DNA from: Lytechinus pictus
Taxonomy: Eukaryota
DNA: 64,000 bases
Assembly: GCF_037042905.1 (NCBI RefSeq)
Contig: NC_087246.1
Span: forward strand, 682,001-746,000
Direction of reading: 5' to 3'
Part shown: positions 37,279-51,100 of the stretch, piece by piece
How positions within the stretch are numbered: position 1 is the first letter of the stretch
Layout of the letters: every line of letters begins with the position of its first letter
The notes under the pieces: model-generated
Database searches by the model: none
What the model saw: the letters and a program-made list of their open reading frames with translations, nothing else
What the model was told of the DNA's origin: nothing
Made by a program: the position numbers and the translations under genes

Positions 37279-40200
37279 CTATGTCTTACGTAGACGTATA
37301 TCCCTTGGATGATCTTCATCCTCATCACTACAGCTTGACGTTCCAACCGCTACCAGAGAGCCTATCTGGCGTAAAATAGCGGGATCACTCTCGCTTTCAG
37401 TGTGTCTCTCATAGAGCAGTACATTGAGAGTCTCTTCTAGGATACGTGCTTCAGGAAACTCAACCTTTAAAAGGATAGGAGTTTACATTATCATTATGTT
37501 CTTATCTTGCACGAGAAAAGGAGAGAAAATATGTTTAGCCATAACCTCATTTACAATAGTATTCAGAAACTTAGGTAATTGAAAGTTGAGTCCTGTATCA
37601 CATTGAATTATTGAAAATACCCTGAAAAATATGATGGAATATCAATTTAGGTAATCATGAGTAAGTGACCCTCTCTGACCCCCAACCTTTTGTCATTTAA
37701 TAGGTTTACCTGTGTTAAAGTTACCATCCACTACAATGACCAACTGTCTTCGGTATCACATTGATGATTTGTTGATTCAACATCAAGAATTAGTTATTTT
37801 ACAATTAGAGATACAAAAGTGAAGTATTTGATCATCGATCTAAGTCTTCAAAATTTTTGTCAATAAAAGTTTAAAATAAAATATTTTGGGCACAATTGTG
37901 AACAGAAAAGATTAGTAATCTTCTAACTGTAAGTGAGCGAGTACTGAAGGGAATTGAGTAAACAAGTAAAAAAAATTACTGACTTGTGTACCATTCAAGT
38001 ACTCCAGCAATAAAGAATCATTATCATGAGGCTAATTTTGCAAGTATGTATATGTTTATAACCACTGGAAGAAGGTATATTGTCACATTTACTCAGTAAA
38101 CTATTGCTCCCTCTGGCATTCCAGTGGTTAATCTCTATTCATATTGTTCATTCTTTGATATTCAAATTGTTTGTATTGTTTATGCAATTTTCATTTTGAC
38201 AAATAAATAAATAAATGAATAAATAATAATAAAAACAGCGCTCAGAGTTTGGCAGAGTAGTAAAGTATCTATGCCAGGTCCAACTAACCATATCCATGTA
38301 AATATGCATTTCTTCCTTAAAAATGAGACAAGGTAGTATGCTAAGGAGTTCAAATAAATTAATCATTCTTACCTTGGTTTGTTTCTTCTCACTGGTATAC
38401 ACTATAGATGTACAACTGATTTCTGCTACCTTGCGGGAATGCCCAAAGAAAGACCAGCAACATATTTCCTCATTGACAAATACATCCTTAACAAATGTCA
38501 CACGGCCATTGAAGCGAACAGAAAGCTTGTCAAACATCTCGATATTTTTCAGAATGTTGTCATCAGAATTGCTGAAATGATAAAAACAGTTATACATGAA
38601 CACCAACATTAACTTTATGTCCATCTACTGAAGGAAATTAACACAATGTAGAGATGCATGTATGACACTCAGTCTAGCTTAATATGTCATCCTTATTCCT
38701 TGCCAAAAATATCAAATGAATCTGTAACTTTGAAGATGTAGTCCATTTCCATGAAGTCTGACCTGTCAATTTTTTCTTCATAGCAAAACAATTAAACAAT
38801 CAGAACCAAAAACGTACATACATTGTAGAACCTATTAAAAACTCACCTTGTGTATGAATATTTGTTGTTTTGTCTGTTGTAAACTAATTTCACCACAGGC
38901 TGTAAAAGAATATGAATATAAAGGAAATATTAGTACAATGTATTTTTTCAACACAACTGCATCACAGTTAAGTTAAATTTTGGAGGTGTTCTATTACCAA
39001 TTGATGTTATGTAGGTATAATTTCACTTTCATGCAGGCCTCGAGTCAAATTGCCATAAGTTGTTCCACACAAGTGCTTTTTAGCTCACTAGCCCAACTTT
39101 TCCAGTGTAAAAAAATACAGTTTAAGGCCCCTGTCACATCCTTCTGTGTAAGCTACATGGGCGAGTTGTATGCAGGGATTTTCTAACACTCAACATGATT
39201 TCTGAGGGCATACAAAGATTTCTGCAAATTTTACACATACATGTACAGTGGTGCTAAATTTTGTGAACCCCACAAGAAAATGCACTCCTTCATGCTGAGT
39301 GTTGAACATAAACAACAATGCTACAATGTCCGGCAAGCCCAGAGAAACAAACTATATTGACTGTAATATTATATCCCCTGGGCTGGCTTCACAATTAAAT
39401 ATCTAAAATATGGCAGAATATGAACACTTTTAAATATGTTCATTTCCTGATGGAGTTCACTAACTTTTTAGCACCATTGTATGTTGACAATATCAACACT
39501 GTTCCTTGCGGATAATTCACCCGCATTATGTACATGGAATGTCCTCAGATAACACTTATTTTAAACATAGCCAGATATCCGCAAGGTTTCTGCGTACTTC
39601 AAGCAGATTAACTGTGTGTGACTTGTGACTGCTATATGTCTTCTACTGGTATTTTGCATGGACCCTTCAGGTAACCATGTTTAACTCAACTGGAACAACT
39701 TTTAAGCATGTTTGAATCTTTTCTATGGGTAAATTGGACTTACATCATACTGTTAGCAGTTAATGGCAACCTGTAACAATTCAGGCAACACACAAGGCTT
39801 GCACGGAACAATGTACATTTGTGATTACATAAAACTAATCAATTATTCTTAAGGGAAGAGTGGAAAGATAAACAAAGGAACCACTTAACAGTTCATTTTA
39901 ATTGTGGACTGATTAACGGCCAAACCCACCTTTTGAATCATACAAGCTTAATGCTAAAAATTTCATCAGAATCAGATGTAATAAAAATGACATTTTAAAG
40001 TTTTGCTTAATTTCACAAGACAGTTACATATGCAAATCCTGGTTGGTATGCAAATGGAGGGACCAATGGTGTATGGAATCACGATTATTATCACAGCTTG
40101 TGGTCCAATCAAGAGGTTCCTGTCATATCTATAAAGTATGAAGTACTTGTATAATTACAACAATAAAGAAAAATAGTGATTGACAACTCTCTGAGTTGTG

Positions 40201-41553
40201 AAACACAGTGTATAACTGTTTTGTTACAAATACAATGAAGCAAAATTTTACAATTAAACTTTCTTATTTTTAAATCCAATTTTGATGAAATTTTCAGCAT
40301 TATGCTCATTTGATAATCCTCAGATAATTCAAATCAACTTTTTTTTTTTTTTGGGGGGGGACTTTAAATATAAAACAATCACATATGAACATAGTCATAC
40401 ACTGTAATAATATTACCTTTGCAGAGTTTGAAATGAGCATCTGTGCCTCACGTTGTGATGTTATGACAGGGATACGACAGACAGGGTAGAACTCATCTTT
40501 CTTGTTGAGGAGGACCTTATTACACTGTTCAACAATGCTTTGTACAAGATAATACTTGGCCTCTGCCATTAGTTCTTCTATCTCCTGTACAGATTCTGGC
40601 AATGGGATGTGACCATCTCGTAGATAGTTGAGTATGATCCCAAAATGCTTCCCACTTCGGTCTATCAGGATCCAACCTGTGTACATGAAATGATGGTACA
40701 GAGTTACCGATGAGAAGATAAGAATGCTAGAAGTTTTAATGAGCTGTGAACTGAGTTACATACACTGTGTGTACGGTTCACAATCTAATTTTTCTAATGA
40801 GGGGCAGTAGTACTTGTATTAGCAATAGTTTTCAAGGATTTACAAGAGGAAGATTCAATATTTATCCTCCAACTTCTTCTACACATCCTTTTTCTCTTCT
40901 TCAACCATGTTCTCTTCCTTAACTCTCCTCAGTCTGTATCCTCCCCCCCCCCCCGGCTTTTGTTCCTCCTCTTCTTCGTCTCATTGCTGAATGCTGTGTA
41001 TTAATAATTCTAATTGAAATTAAAAGCATTTTGTCATGTCTGTGGCAATTGTTGCTGCAGAGTACAAGTGCAGACATGTGACCTTGCAGATCCATTCTTC
41101 AATCAATTATTTGCCACCCACTCACTGCTCTAACGACCCATACGGTAGCTCTATTTTTAATGATGGCTGATGCTATACTACTAGCCTAGGGGCCTATACT
41201 AATTACTATTATATTGCTAATATAAGTATAAACTCACCTTCTGAATCTGTCAAAACCTCCATTCTGCCACTAAACATTGCCCGTAGCATGTTATCCTGCT
41301 TTGTCAAGGTATCGATCGTTGTGTAAAACAACGCTCCTCCAACGTTTAATTTCACATACTTGCTTGGTGCGCCTCTGATTTTCACTGCAGCAGTGCAAGT
41401 TGATGTGGTCGGGACGGAGGGTGGTGGAGCGATGGCTACCGCATTCGCCGGGGAGCACGCCCCCGGGACGAGACGCGGAGCATTCGCTACCACCCCGCTG
41501 GTTGCAGCAACTACATTATTAGTTGAGCCCGATGCCCCAGCGTCGGCGGACAT
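37279..41553 (-). CDS. KCTD10: BTB/POZ adapter for CUL3-mediated RhoA degradation (BACURD; KCTD10/KCTD13/TNFAIP1 co-orthologue), 337 aa
   Basis: Exons (minus) 41553-41238, 40676-40417, 38899-38847, 38571-38373, 37464-37279 (1014 nt in frame). Diagnostic sequence: [16 protein letters not shown]...[93 protein letters not shown]. Confidence 0.95.
39246..39479. mobile_element. Tc1/mariner-type MITE
   Basis: TA|cagtggtgctaaattttgtgaacccc ... ggagttcactaactttttagcaccattg|TA. Confidence 0.8.
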
Positions 41554-41719
41554 CACGTGTGATTTTGGAATGTTGAAAATTGTCTTTTTCGTTGATATGG
41601 AACGATCTAAAGTGCACACTGGACATCTATAAATGTTGAATTTTCATTTCGTATCCGTCAAACCACGAGAATATAAAGTTATACTGAAATATCGTACTTT
41701 TTATTCAGCTTGTCACTCC

Positions 41720-41780
41720 ATCTTCCGGTTTCTCCATTACCACACATACGATAAACTCGTATTTACTAGTGACGTCATGA
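41720..41780 (-). promoter_or_regulatory. Candidate KCTD10 proximal promoter: CRE and ETS motifs
   Basis: Perfect TGACGTCA at 41770-41777 and ACCGGAAG on the minus strand (about 41722-41729), about 170-220 bp upstream of the ATG. Confidence 0.5.
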
Positions 41781-43449
41781 ATCGCACACACACCCTTGAT
41801 TCTGTTCCCTTCTCGCATATTGAAAAATGCATTGTGAAGCCGTGTGTATGTAATAAAAAGGAGTACAGTCTAATAAGTTTGGCAATGAATGAAAAGGATG
41901 TATTCGTGCAATCCTCAAAAATTAGTCATTAAGTAAACAAGAAAAATCAGGATATTTTGTTGATGATAAGGTTGGGCGTCTCCCATGTCAGATCTTTCTT
42001 AAAATAGACCATGAATGATTTATATAAAAATGGATGTTGGGAAATAACAATTAATGCATATAATCCATAATCATCAGTATTAAACCCGCGACCAGTAAAA
42101 CTAGACGCCCCTTTTTAATTTGGCCCTATAGTTTGGCACCGACAGTTTTGTTAGTTTTAAAAATGATTTTATTGAGAAATCACAGAAAATATGTGACATG
42201 AATTAGGAGCAGGGAATGATAACTGAGAAGGGGAAAAGGTACCTTTTCCCCTAGCTAGATATGATCCGCCGGTGATTTTCGACTTTACGATAGGCGACTG
42301 AGGAGCATGCAAAGTGGTCCCGACAAGCAAAAAAGGAACAAAAGAAAAAGGGTAGGCCTAATCATTCCAAAATGAAGGGCATATCGTCTCCAGAAAACTT
42401 TGGCAAGCAAAAAATGAAAAAAGGGGGGTTGCACCAAATATATTTTAGCTGGTGTGCCATTGTCTCCAACTTTAATTGGGTGAGCCCGCTCCTTGATAAA
42501 ATGGATGTGGGGACAAGATGAATGGAAATCTGACAAAATGTGAAAAAATAGAAATTATGGACAAAGGGAAAGACTCAAGGGAAGGAGAGAAGAAAACTAG
42601 GAGAGAGAGTAAAAATATAGGTTAAGAGGAAAAGGAGAACACTATGAGTAACAGAATGACCTCCCAGCCACCTCCCCAAACAAAAAATATATAACCAGGA
42701 TAATAAAGGGAGAAAAAAATGAGAAAATATGAGGAAAGGGGAGAAATAAGATAATTTTTAATGGTATGTCAAAATCTATCAGAAAATTAGATTTTTTGGT
42801 TAAAAATTAAGGTACAAAACATGCCTTAAATGTCATGTCTGGCCCCTCAAAATGTTTGGCTCATTACGCTCACTGGAATGATGAAAGAGAAACTTCAGAA
42901 ATGCAGACAAGTTGAAATAAATGCACCAGAACGTTTTCATTTCCCTGTGATTCATTGCTCAAGGCCATGCATCACCCGCTTCTCCTTAATTCTCCTACAC
43001 ACTCTCTTTCTCCTTTCATCTATTTTATTTTCCAAGTGCGGTCATATCTACACTATTTAAATACTTTAAAACATTTTTTTTTTGTTTATTTGGTAATTAT
43101 TGCCCTATTAATTCGTGTTTTTTTTAACCAAACACAAGCGTAACTCATACAAAGTTGGCAGGGTACAGCAAGCCTGCATATGTCGTTTTAAGCCAAGACA
43201 AGCCCGTCCTGATTTAAGCATTCTTTGTTGCACAAAAGTCCAAACCAATCAATAGGCCTCTGGAAAAAATAACTTCATAGAGGACCGATCAAATCCAGAA
43301 ACAAACCTATTTGTTTTTAATTTTGAAACAAATTGTTAGCATTTCAACACACATTAACAAGTGTATGTACTTTCTTTACAAGCAAAACCTATCCTTTATA
43401 TACATTTTAATTGAAAATTGTATGTGCATCAAATAGAGACTTGCCAATC

Positions 43450-43620
43450 CCCTCTCCCTCTCTTCTCCTCCAGGCAAACTTTTATGATTTATTTTTCCTC
43501 ATCTCCCCATTCTCTCCCTCTCCCCCTCTTGCTTTTCTCTCTCTCTCTTGCTTTTCTATCTCTCTCTATTGCTTTTCTCTTTCTCTCTCTCCTGCTTTTC
43601 TCTGCCCCTCTCTCTCAAAC
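43450..43620. repeat. Pyrimidine-rich (CT) low-complexity tract
   Basis: ctctct/gcttttct repeats; gives spurious Leu/Ser/Phe ORFs. Confidence 0.8.
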
Positions 43621-44589
43621 TGATTTTACTTTATCCATTGGATGACTCACAAGAATTACTAATCTGCAATTTTAAAATTACAGCTGTAGACCAGTACAAT
43701 ACTCTCTCTGAACACTCAGAAATTAATACAACTAGTGCATTAACTACAATTTATTGAGTTTATAATACATCTTCAAATTAATCAATCTATTGGCATTTTA
43801 TGCACGTACACGACTTGTGTAACATGAAGGTATATGGCTTGTAGAATAAAACCTTGACATATTATACTTTAAAATCAATTGTTTATTTAGCCAAACACAA
43901 AACCCATGTATTATCATTCAAGTGGCGGGAATGTGTTAAGAAATGAATACAACACATCACAGAGTTAGTGAACATGATAACAATAGTGATATGTACTACT
44001 ATACACCATCTCAAAATAAAGTTAATCCATAAACTGATTGAATCATTGAAGCAATAATAAGATCTCAACACCATTTAAGTCAGATAAACGAGGGGCGACT
44101 GAAATGTTTCTTGGCTGTCTATGTGAAAGGTGAGAGGGGGGGGGTACCAAACTGTTAACAGAATCAAAGGGATACCTTAAGACACAAGGAGAAAATATTG
44201 AAACAAAATTGTCAACTGTATTTCAGGTGTGATTGTCACTGATTCATGGAAACTACTTTTACTTGATTTGCCCTTTAAATCTCAGCTGATAGTAAGAATA
44301 TCCCCAGAGGATAAAATGGAACTGAAGCTAAGTTGAACCCATTTAGAAGAAATTTATGTCTTATGAAAGTGCTTAAATTTGCCTTTTCTAAAATCTCAAG
44401 CTAGAGGCAAGTGCAGAAATCATGTTGCCTTCCACCTATTGAAACTGTGTATGCATTAATGTATTTGTTCCGGTAATTTCATAGATGAAGAGTTGCTTCA
44501 AGAAAGACTACAACAGTTATTGGTGTGATCAGCAATATCATGGAGTTTCCTGCAACACATTTAAATGCAAAGACATAAATTTGGGTTAA

Positions 44590-46194
44590 AGGGGGTACTC
44601 TAGGCTAAAATATAATATGATTTGATATAAAAGTAAAATTAGAAAAAATACTAAAAATTTTATCAAACTCAGGCAATAACAAAATCCTGACATTTTAAAG
44701 TTTCCCATTATTTTGTTGCTTCAGTGAAACAACTGTATGCATCTTCATGAATATGCAGTGAGCAAACTGATGACATATCCCCACTTATTCTTTTGTATTT
44801 AATCATATGAAGGTGTATTTTGCCCTCACAGAATGAAACAAATTGGACAACTGGTTTAAATGTGTAAGATGATCACTGCCCAACATTTTGTTACAATGAG
44901 ACATATCATACACACATGTCTGAAAATATGAATTTAACTAGAGATGCTTCGCGGGTCGCGTGGCCGAGCACATGTATCCCAAGAACCCACCGCGTCATCC
45001 GTCATTGCGATATATAGAGCTCACGCAGAAATTTGACAATAAATACAATTGTCATGGCGACAATGACCCTGCCCACATTTTGCCTGTGGGTACCTAATTT
45101 GATGACAATAATATGACATAGCAGCGTGACTCTGCAGAACCTAAAGTATTGTCCAGTATCACCTGTTGGAGAATACAATTATAGAATAATTTGGATATTT
45201 TTATGAACCTAACCCTAAGACCCCCCATCAAAAATTTGAAGATGATCGGAGAAGAAATGCAGCTGGTAGAGCGCTCACAAAGACATCTCTGCTATTTCCT
45301 CAAAAACTCTTGTTACCATGGCAACGAAGTCTCCGCCCACACCAAAATCAATCCGAGGCTTTGCTTTACCATAATGGACCTTCATGCCACATTTGAAGAT
45401 GATCAGAGAAGAAATGCAGCTGGCAGAGCGCTCACAAGGACATCTCTGCTATTTCCACAAATAATAGTTACCATGGCAACTAAGTCTCTGCCCACACTAA
45501 AATCAATAGGCTGCTATGCTTTTTTAATGGACCTTCATGCCACATTTGAAGATGATCGGAGAAGTAATGCAGCTGGTAGAGCGCTCACAAGGACATCTCT
45601 GCTATTTCCACAAAAACTCTTGTTACCATGGCAACGATGTCTCCGCCCACACCAAAATCAATAGGTGGCTTTGCTTAACCAGAATGGACCTTCATGCCAC
45701 ATTTGAAGATGATCGGAGAAGAAATGCAGCTAGTAGAGCGCTCTCAAGGACATCTATGCTATTTCCACAAAAACTCTTGTTACCATGGCAACGATATCTC
45801 CGCCCACACCAAAATCGATAGGCTTCTTCGCTATACCATACTCAACCTTCATGCCAAATTTGAAGATGATCGAAGAAATGCAGCTGATAGAGCGCTCACA
45901 AGAAAATCTCTGCGGCGTACGCGGCGGCGAGGCCAAATCCATAGTATCCTCCGAACTCCGTTCAGGGGATACAATTATGATTTCATGTAATAATACAAAA
46001 ATGGGGACATGACATCATAAGCCCACCTACATGTATATTTGTGACAGCGTGCATATAACTGTTTTTGCAAAATATTGCTAAACTTTTTCTTTATTACTAA
46101 ATTTTGATGAAATTTTTATTATTTTTGTTCAGTGAAATTTACTCTTATTTATCTATATATAATGATTTTTCTTACTTCAGCCAGTGGTACCCCT
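44590..46194. mobile_element. Kolobok-like (TTAA) element interrupted by a HINE
   Basis: ttaa|agggggtactctaggct ... cagccagtggtacccct|ttca; long imperfect inverted arms. Confidence 0.6.
44936..45975 (+). mobile_element. Second HINE/DINE-like family with ~157-bp internal tandem repeats
   Basis: aactagag terminus, subterminal IR tgtatccc / gggataca, terminal palindrome gtatcctccgaac..gttcaggggatac; gatgatc unit starts at 45241, 45398, 45551, 45708, 45865. Confidence 0.8.
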
Positions 46195-47583
46195 TTCATA
46201 AAATCATAGAAAGCACTCACAAAGCAGTCTAAATGAATATGATGTGAAAAGGCTTTACACTGTTATACCAATACCATTCAGTCCAACACATGACCTACAT
46301 GTTCTAAGGAAACATTAGTGACAAATAATTTGCTTATTCCCATATCTGACCTTATTTTTCACCTCCCTTCTCACGTGTTGGTTCACTTTGTGTACAAATT
46401 CAATGAGAGGAAAGATGTCACTAGCAATAACTTAATAAATGGCAATGAATGGATTGTTGACAAATTCCATGGTGATGCCAAATTTCTCCCTAATTATGAA
46501 CAATGCTTGATTTTTCATACAAAACCTGTATTTTTACCACAACTTCTACATATATATTTGTACATAAGTAATCCTTCCAATGGTTGCAAATTGTGAAATA
46601 TGTTCATATATTATCCTTTAGTTTTTCATATCGTGTGTATTTCTTTATCCTGAAGGATGAACAACGTGTTTCCTTGGTTTTGATTGGAAAAGAAGCGCAG
46701 CTGTCCGTTCGTTACTATGGTAACTTGTCAGCCCACGATCGTTACGATACCAATTTCATATCCTCTAAACTCTGATCAATTTTCATCACCACATAAATCT
46801 TTCTTGATAGAGAAATAGTCAGTTAAAATGAAGTCTCTTTGACACATTCCTACTCTATTGAACGAGAGCTCTATCCTGATGTCATGTCGGTTTGAAGAAA
46901 AATTGAAAAAAACATTGATGGTTTGGCACAACTCTTTCAAAGAGCATATTTTGAAATTAAAGGTTCATTTTGTGTGTGTGATGTCATATGAGAGTAGCAC
47001 CCCAATACATCATTTGATTAAATATTTAGAAATCTACATTTCTTTCAGAAAAATCGAAAGTGAGTTCACCCATGTATTCAATATATTACTAGACACATAC
47101 ATGATTCTAAGAGAGAAATATTTTCATTATGAATACATAAAAAATTGGGAATGTATTGAAGTCATACAACATGTCACATAGGGTTCTGCTCATATGAGAT
47201 CTCACTAGAATTAACTCTCTTATTATTTGATAGATTTTCATCAAGCATTCAATAATACATTTATTGTACTTTTCTGATTGAAATAAACCGATGTCAGGGG
47301 TAAACTTTTCCTACAATGAAGCTTTCAAACATAAATATATGAGCCATTTAAGCTTGATGGAGGATTGAAGGAGGATAGAAGCAACAGATGTTTGCACATT
47401 ACCATACTCACAATTTACGTTGGTTCACCCCCTTTTTCTAATAACAAGTTTTGCATAAGTGCTTAAATAGTTTGCTGTCATTTGGGATTAAAAAGTACAA
47501 ACTGACATAGCCGCACATGTTACAGTATGTGCATGATGAATCTACAAGTGAACAAATTTTCACTTTACAGTCATTTTACCCTT

Positions 47584-48170
47584 AGACTTACACTCACAGA
47601 TCACTACAGATGTGAAACTTGGCCCATCAATTGTAATCTTACCATTAGACTTTAATACATTCACAGATCCCTACTGATGTTAAACTTGGCCTTTCCATTG
47701 CAATAGACTTACAATCACAGATCACTATGGATGTGAAACTTGGCCCATCCATTGCAATAGACTTACAATCACATATCACTACGGATTTGAAACTTGGCCC
47801 ATCCATTGCAATAGACTTACAATGGGAGATCACTACGGATGTGAAACTTGGCCCATCCATTGCAACATACTTACAATGAGAGATCACTACGGATGTGAAA
47901 CTTGGCCCATCCATTGCAACAGACTTACAATGGGAGATCACTACGGATGTGAAACTTGGCCCATCCATTGCAACAGACTTACAATCACAGATCACTACGG
48001 ATGTGAAACTTGGCCCATCCATTGCAATAGACTTATCACAGATCACTACGGATGTGAAACTTGGCCCATCCATTGCAATAGACTTACAATCACAGATCAC
48101 TACGGATGTGAAGCTTTGCCAATCCATTGCAACAGACTTACAATCACAGATCACTACGGATGTGAAACTT
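47584..48170. repeat. 54-bp minisatellite, about 10-11 copies, overlapping the PAGR1 stop codon
   Basis: Unit agacttacaatcacagatcactacggatgtgaaacttggcccatccattgcaat; 18-aa periodicity in the overlapping ORFs. Confidence 0.97.
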
Positions 48171-51100
48171 ATCAGAAGGTCTGTTTGGTGTGAGGATGGG
48201 GGATGTAGTGGTATCCATTGCTTGGTCAGATTCCTTGCTTTCTTTCTTCTCAGGATCTACCATGGTGGTGGTGTCTATCTTACGATGTCTGAAGATATCA
48301 TTGAGGACCTTATCCATCCTGGCTACTCTCTTCTTACCACTACCCTGGGCTTGTCCTCCTCCTAGATCGAAAGAATCACAAGAAACAAAAACAGGGTCAG
48401 GAGAAGATGATAACATGGGGTGAGGATAAACACTAAAGTAATTAAAATCAGAAAATGAGGGGAGGAGATAATAGAAGCAGGAAGGAAGTGTAATTAAGGA
48501 TGAGGAGGGGGTGATAAGAAAGAAGAAGAATGGAGGAGAAGAGGAAGATGCAACGAGAAGTGAAAAGGATTGGGAGAATGAGAAGGAGAGAACCAGAGAA
48601 AAACATGGGAAGAAATAAGAATGGAAGAAAAGAAATGGGAGGAAGAAAAAAGGATTAGGACAGGATCAGTGTGGAGAAAGAAATGAGGGAAATGTGAGAG
48701 AAGATGAACCCAGAATGAGGTGATAGGGGATCAAGAGAAGCAGGATGAAGAGGAGTATGGTAGAAGAGGAGCATTGGAGAGAGGAATAATGAGAAATTGG
48801 GAAGAAACATGAGGAAGGGGAAAGGAAGAACGCAGGAAGATTAAAGGTAAAGGAAGAAACATAGTGGCCTGCACCGAAAAAGAGACAATTTTAATAGTAA
48901 AAGGCCGATAATTTCAAACGAAAATTTAAAAATTAAGCGTCTAAATCTTCTTTACATATTTCAATTTCATTCAATATGGTTTGAAATTTATTATCATGCA
49001 AAAATTTTAATATGAATAGTGAAATTAAATCATATCTAAACCATTACATTTTTCATTAATCTCTTATCAGTGCACCAGTTCCCAATCCAGCAAAGGCGTC
49101 AGGAGCCAGTTTACAAAATTGACCATGATGACCCACCACTATTAAAAGGGTGTGATCCATCATGCACCCCCCCCCTATTCCTCAATTGATACATCTCAAC
49201 TAGCACACTCCTAATACAGCTAAGAGTGATTGTTAGTCAGGCTTGAATCTTTGTGAACCACCCCCCCCCCCCCCCTTGGTAAAATAAATCATGCTTACCT
49301 ATGTTTCTTCTTGGTGTCATCTTTTGTACCGATGAATCTAATTCCACATCCATGTCAAAATCAAACTCTGTGGGGTCTTCCTCCCTATACAGGAAACAAT
49401 GTATTTAAGAATTATCATTAATAAAAACCTGAAATGGAAAAAGCTAATCACGAACCAGTAACACCAAGCCTAGAAATTGATTGTAGAATATTTTTTTTTA
49501 CAAATGATTGCATTGATCACAGTGCACAATCAATCTTGAAAATAAAGCATACAATTGTTAAACTTTGTCTTATAGCACCCAGATGGCTTAAAATAGAGGA
49601 TATCTGAAATAATGACAACTGGCAAATTAGAGGGGAGAAATAATGAAATTAGAAACACCAATTAAATCATATCAGACTATTTCATCCTTAGCTATTTCAT
49701 CATGGAATGACAAACTAATACCAGATTATTTTGGTCCTAATTCTTCAATACTCCCTAACATTTCCCCATTATTACCTCATTATCAACCTTTATAAATTGA
49801 TTACCTTATCAACAACAAAAAATCAGTTGGACTTGGTTTAGTTTCACAATGTTGCCTTGAAAGTCATATCTTTTTGTTTTTCCTTGCTATTTCTCTTTCA
49901 CTGTATTCTTTCTTCCCGAGGTTTTTACCCCTTCTCAGCTTCTTTAGTATTTTCCTTTTCTAGTTCGTCTTCAATGTCATTTCACATTTGCTTTTTATTT
50001 GAATTCCATTAGATTACATGTACTTCATGCATGGCAATTTCTATTGTAATCTGTTATGAATTTAAATATCCTGCATTAACTGTTTATCCATTATGTTTGC
50101 ATTATGTATCCCTTAATTACTTTGTACAGTTTGTAGTGATTTTAATATCTAATAAAGTGCTGAAATACAGACTTACTGAGATATCTCCATGGCTTCCTCA
50201 TCTTGTACATCTTCTAACTGTTCTTTCTCTTCTTCCTTATCACCTTCTTCACTAGGAGGTCTTCTTCCAGGACACTTCCAACTCAGTTCTAGGATACCAT
50301 CTTTATCAAGCTTCTTATAGAGATCAACAATCACATCGATAGGAGGCTCCCAGTAACCTCTCTTCACAATCTTTCTCTTCTTCTTCTCCAAACCATCTAA
50401 TTCAGAAATGAAATGTAAATGTCATATATCTGATTTATTGAATGGTTTTAATAATAATTGATGATATTGCCATTTGAGCTGGTTCTGATATATGATACAG
50501 TATTTTTTAAAACTTATTTTCCCATAAAAATGAGAGATGATATATTCATTGATGTTTCAAAGGTACAAGTATTTTTTCAAAATTTAATTCTACTATCTCG
50601 AATCTATTAGCCTTAGCTGAAAAAAATGTGAAAATTACTTGATGTCTGACATTCATTGGGGAGGATGTATTGCTACATTGTATATCCTGGTTTTACAGCT
50701 GGAATAAAAAAAAAAAGTGATATTATACAGACCTGGGCCCCGTTTTACAATTTAGTTACGACTGATCCGATCAACCACATGAAAAGCCAATGCTGACATC
50801 AAAAAATGTATGTTTGTTCAAAATATGTCATTCATACATTCATTGCTTTCTTGAAAATTCAGTGTAATTCTCTTTGTTTACTAAGGGGATTATGCAAATT
50901 TCCTGTATAAAAATTATGATATATCATACGGATGGATTTCCATACAGTTGAGATTGATCGGATCAATCGCAAAGGTTTGTAAGACAGGGCCCAGATGATG
51001 ATATCAATCACTACCTGTTTGACTTTCACCGTCATCTTCCTCTTCATCAGATGCTGATATATCCCAATCATCTACAGATTCCTGGACCTCAATCTTGGAA

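Noticed and set aside
41554..41619. N-terminal extension of KCTD10 from the ORF-track start
   Set aside because: It begins at a non-ATG codon; the first ATG (41553, MSAD) is the more plausible start
45191..46012. Overlapping ORFs with repeated peptides
   Set aside because: Translations of the 157-bp internal repeats of a non-autonomous element; the frame shifts with each unit
47645..48365. Repeat-protein ORFs (169, 123, 156 aa)
   Set aside because: Open frames follow from a 54-bp unit divisible by three; several frames on both strands are open, and one is antisense to PAGR1
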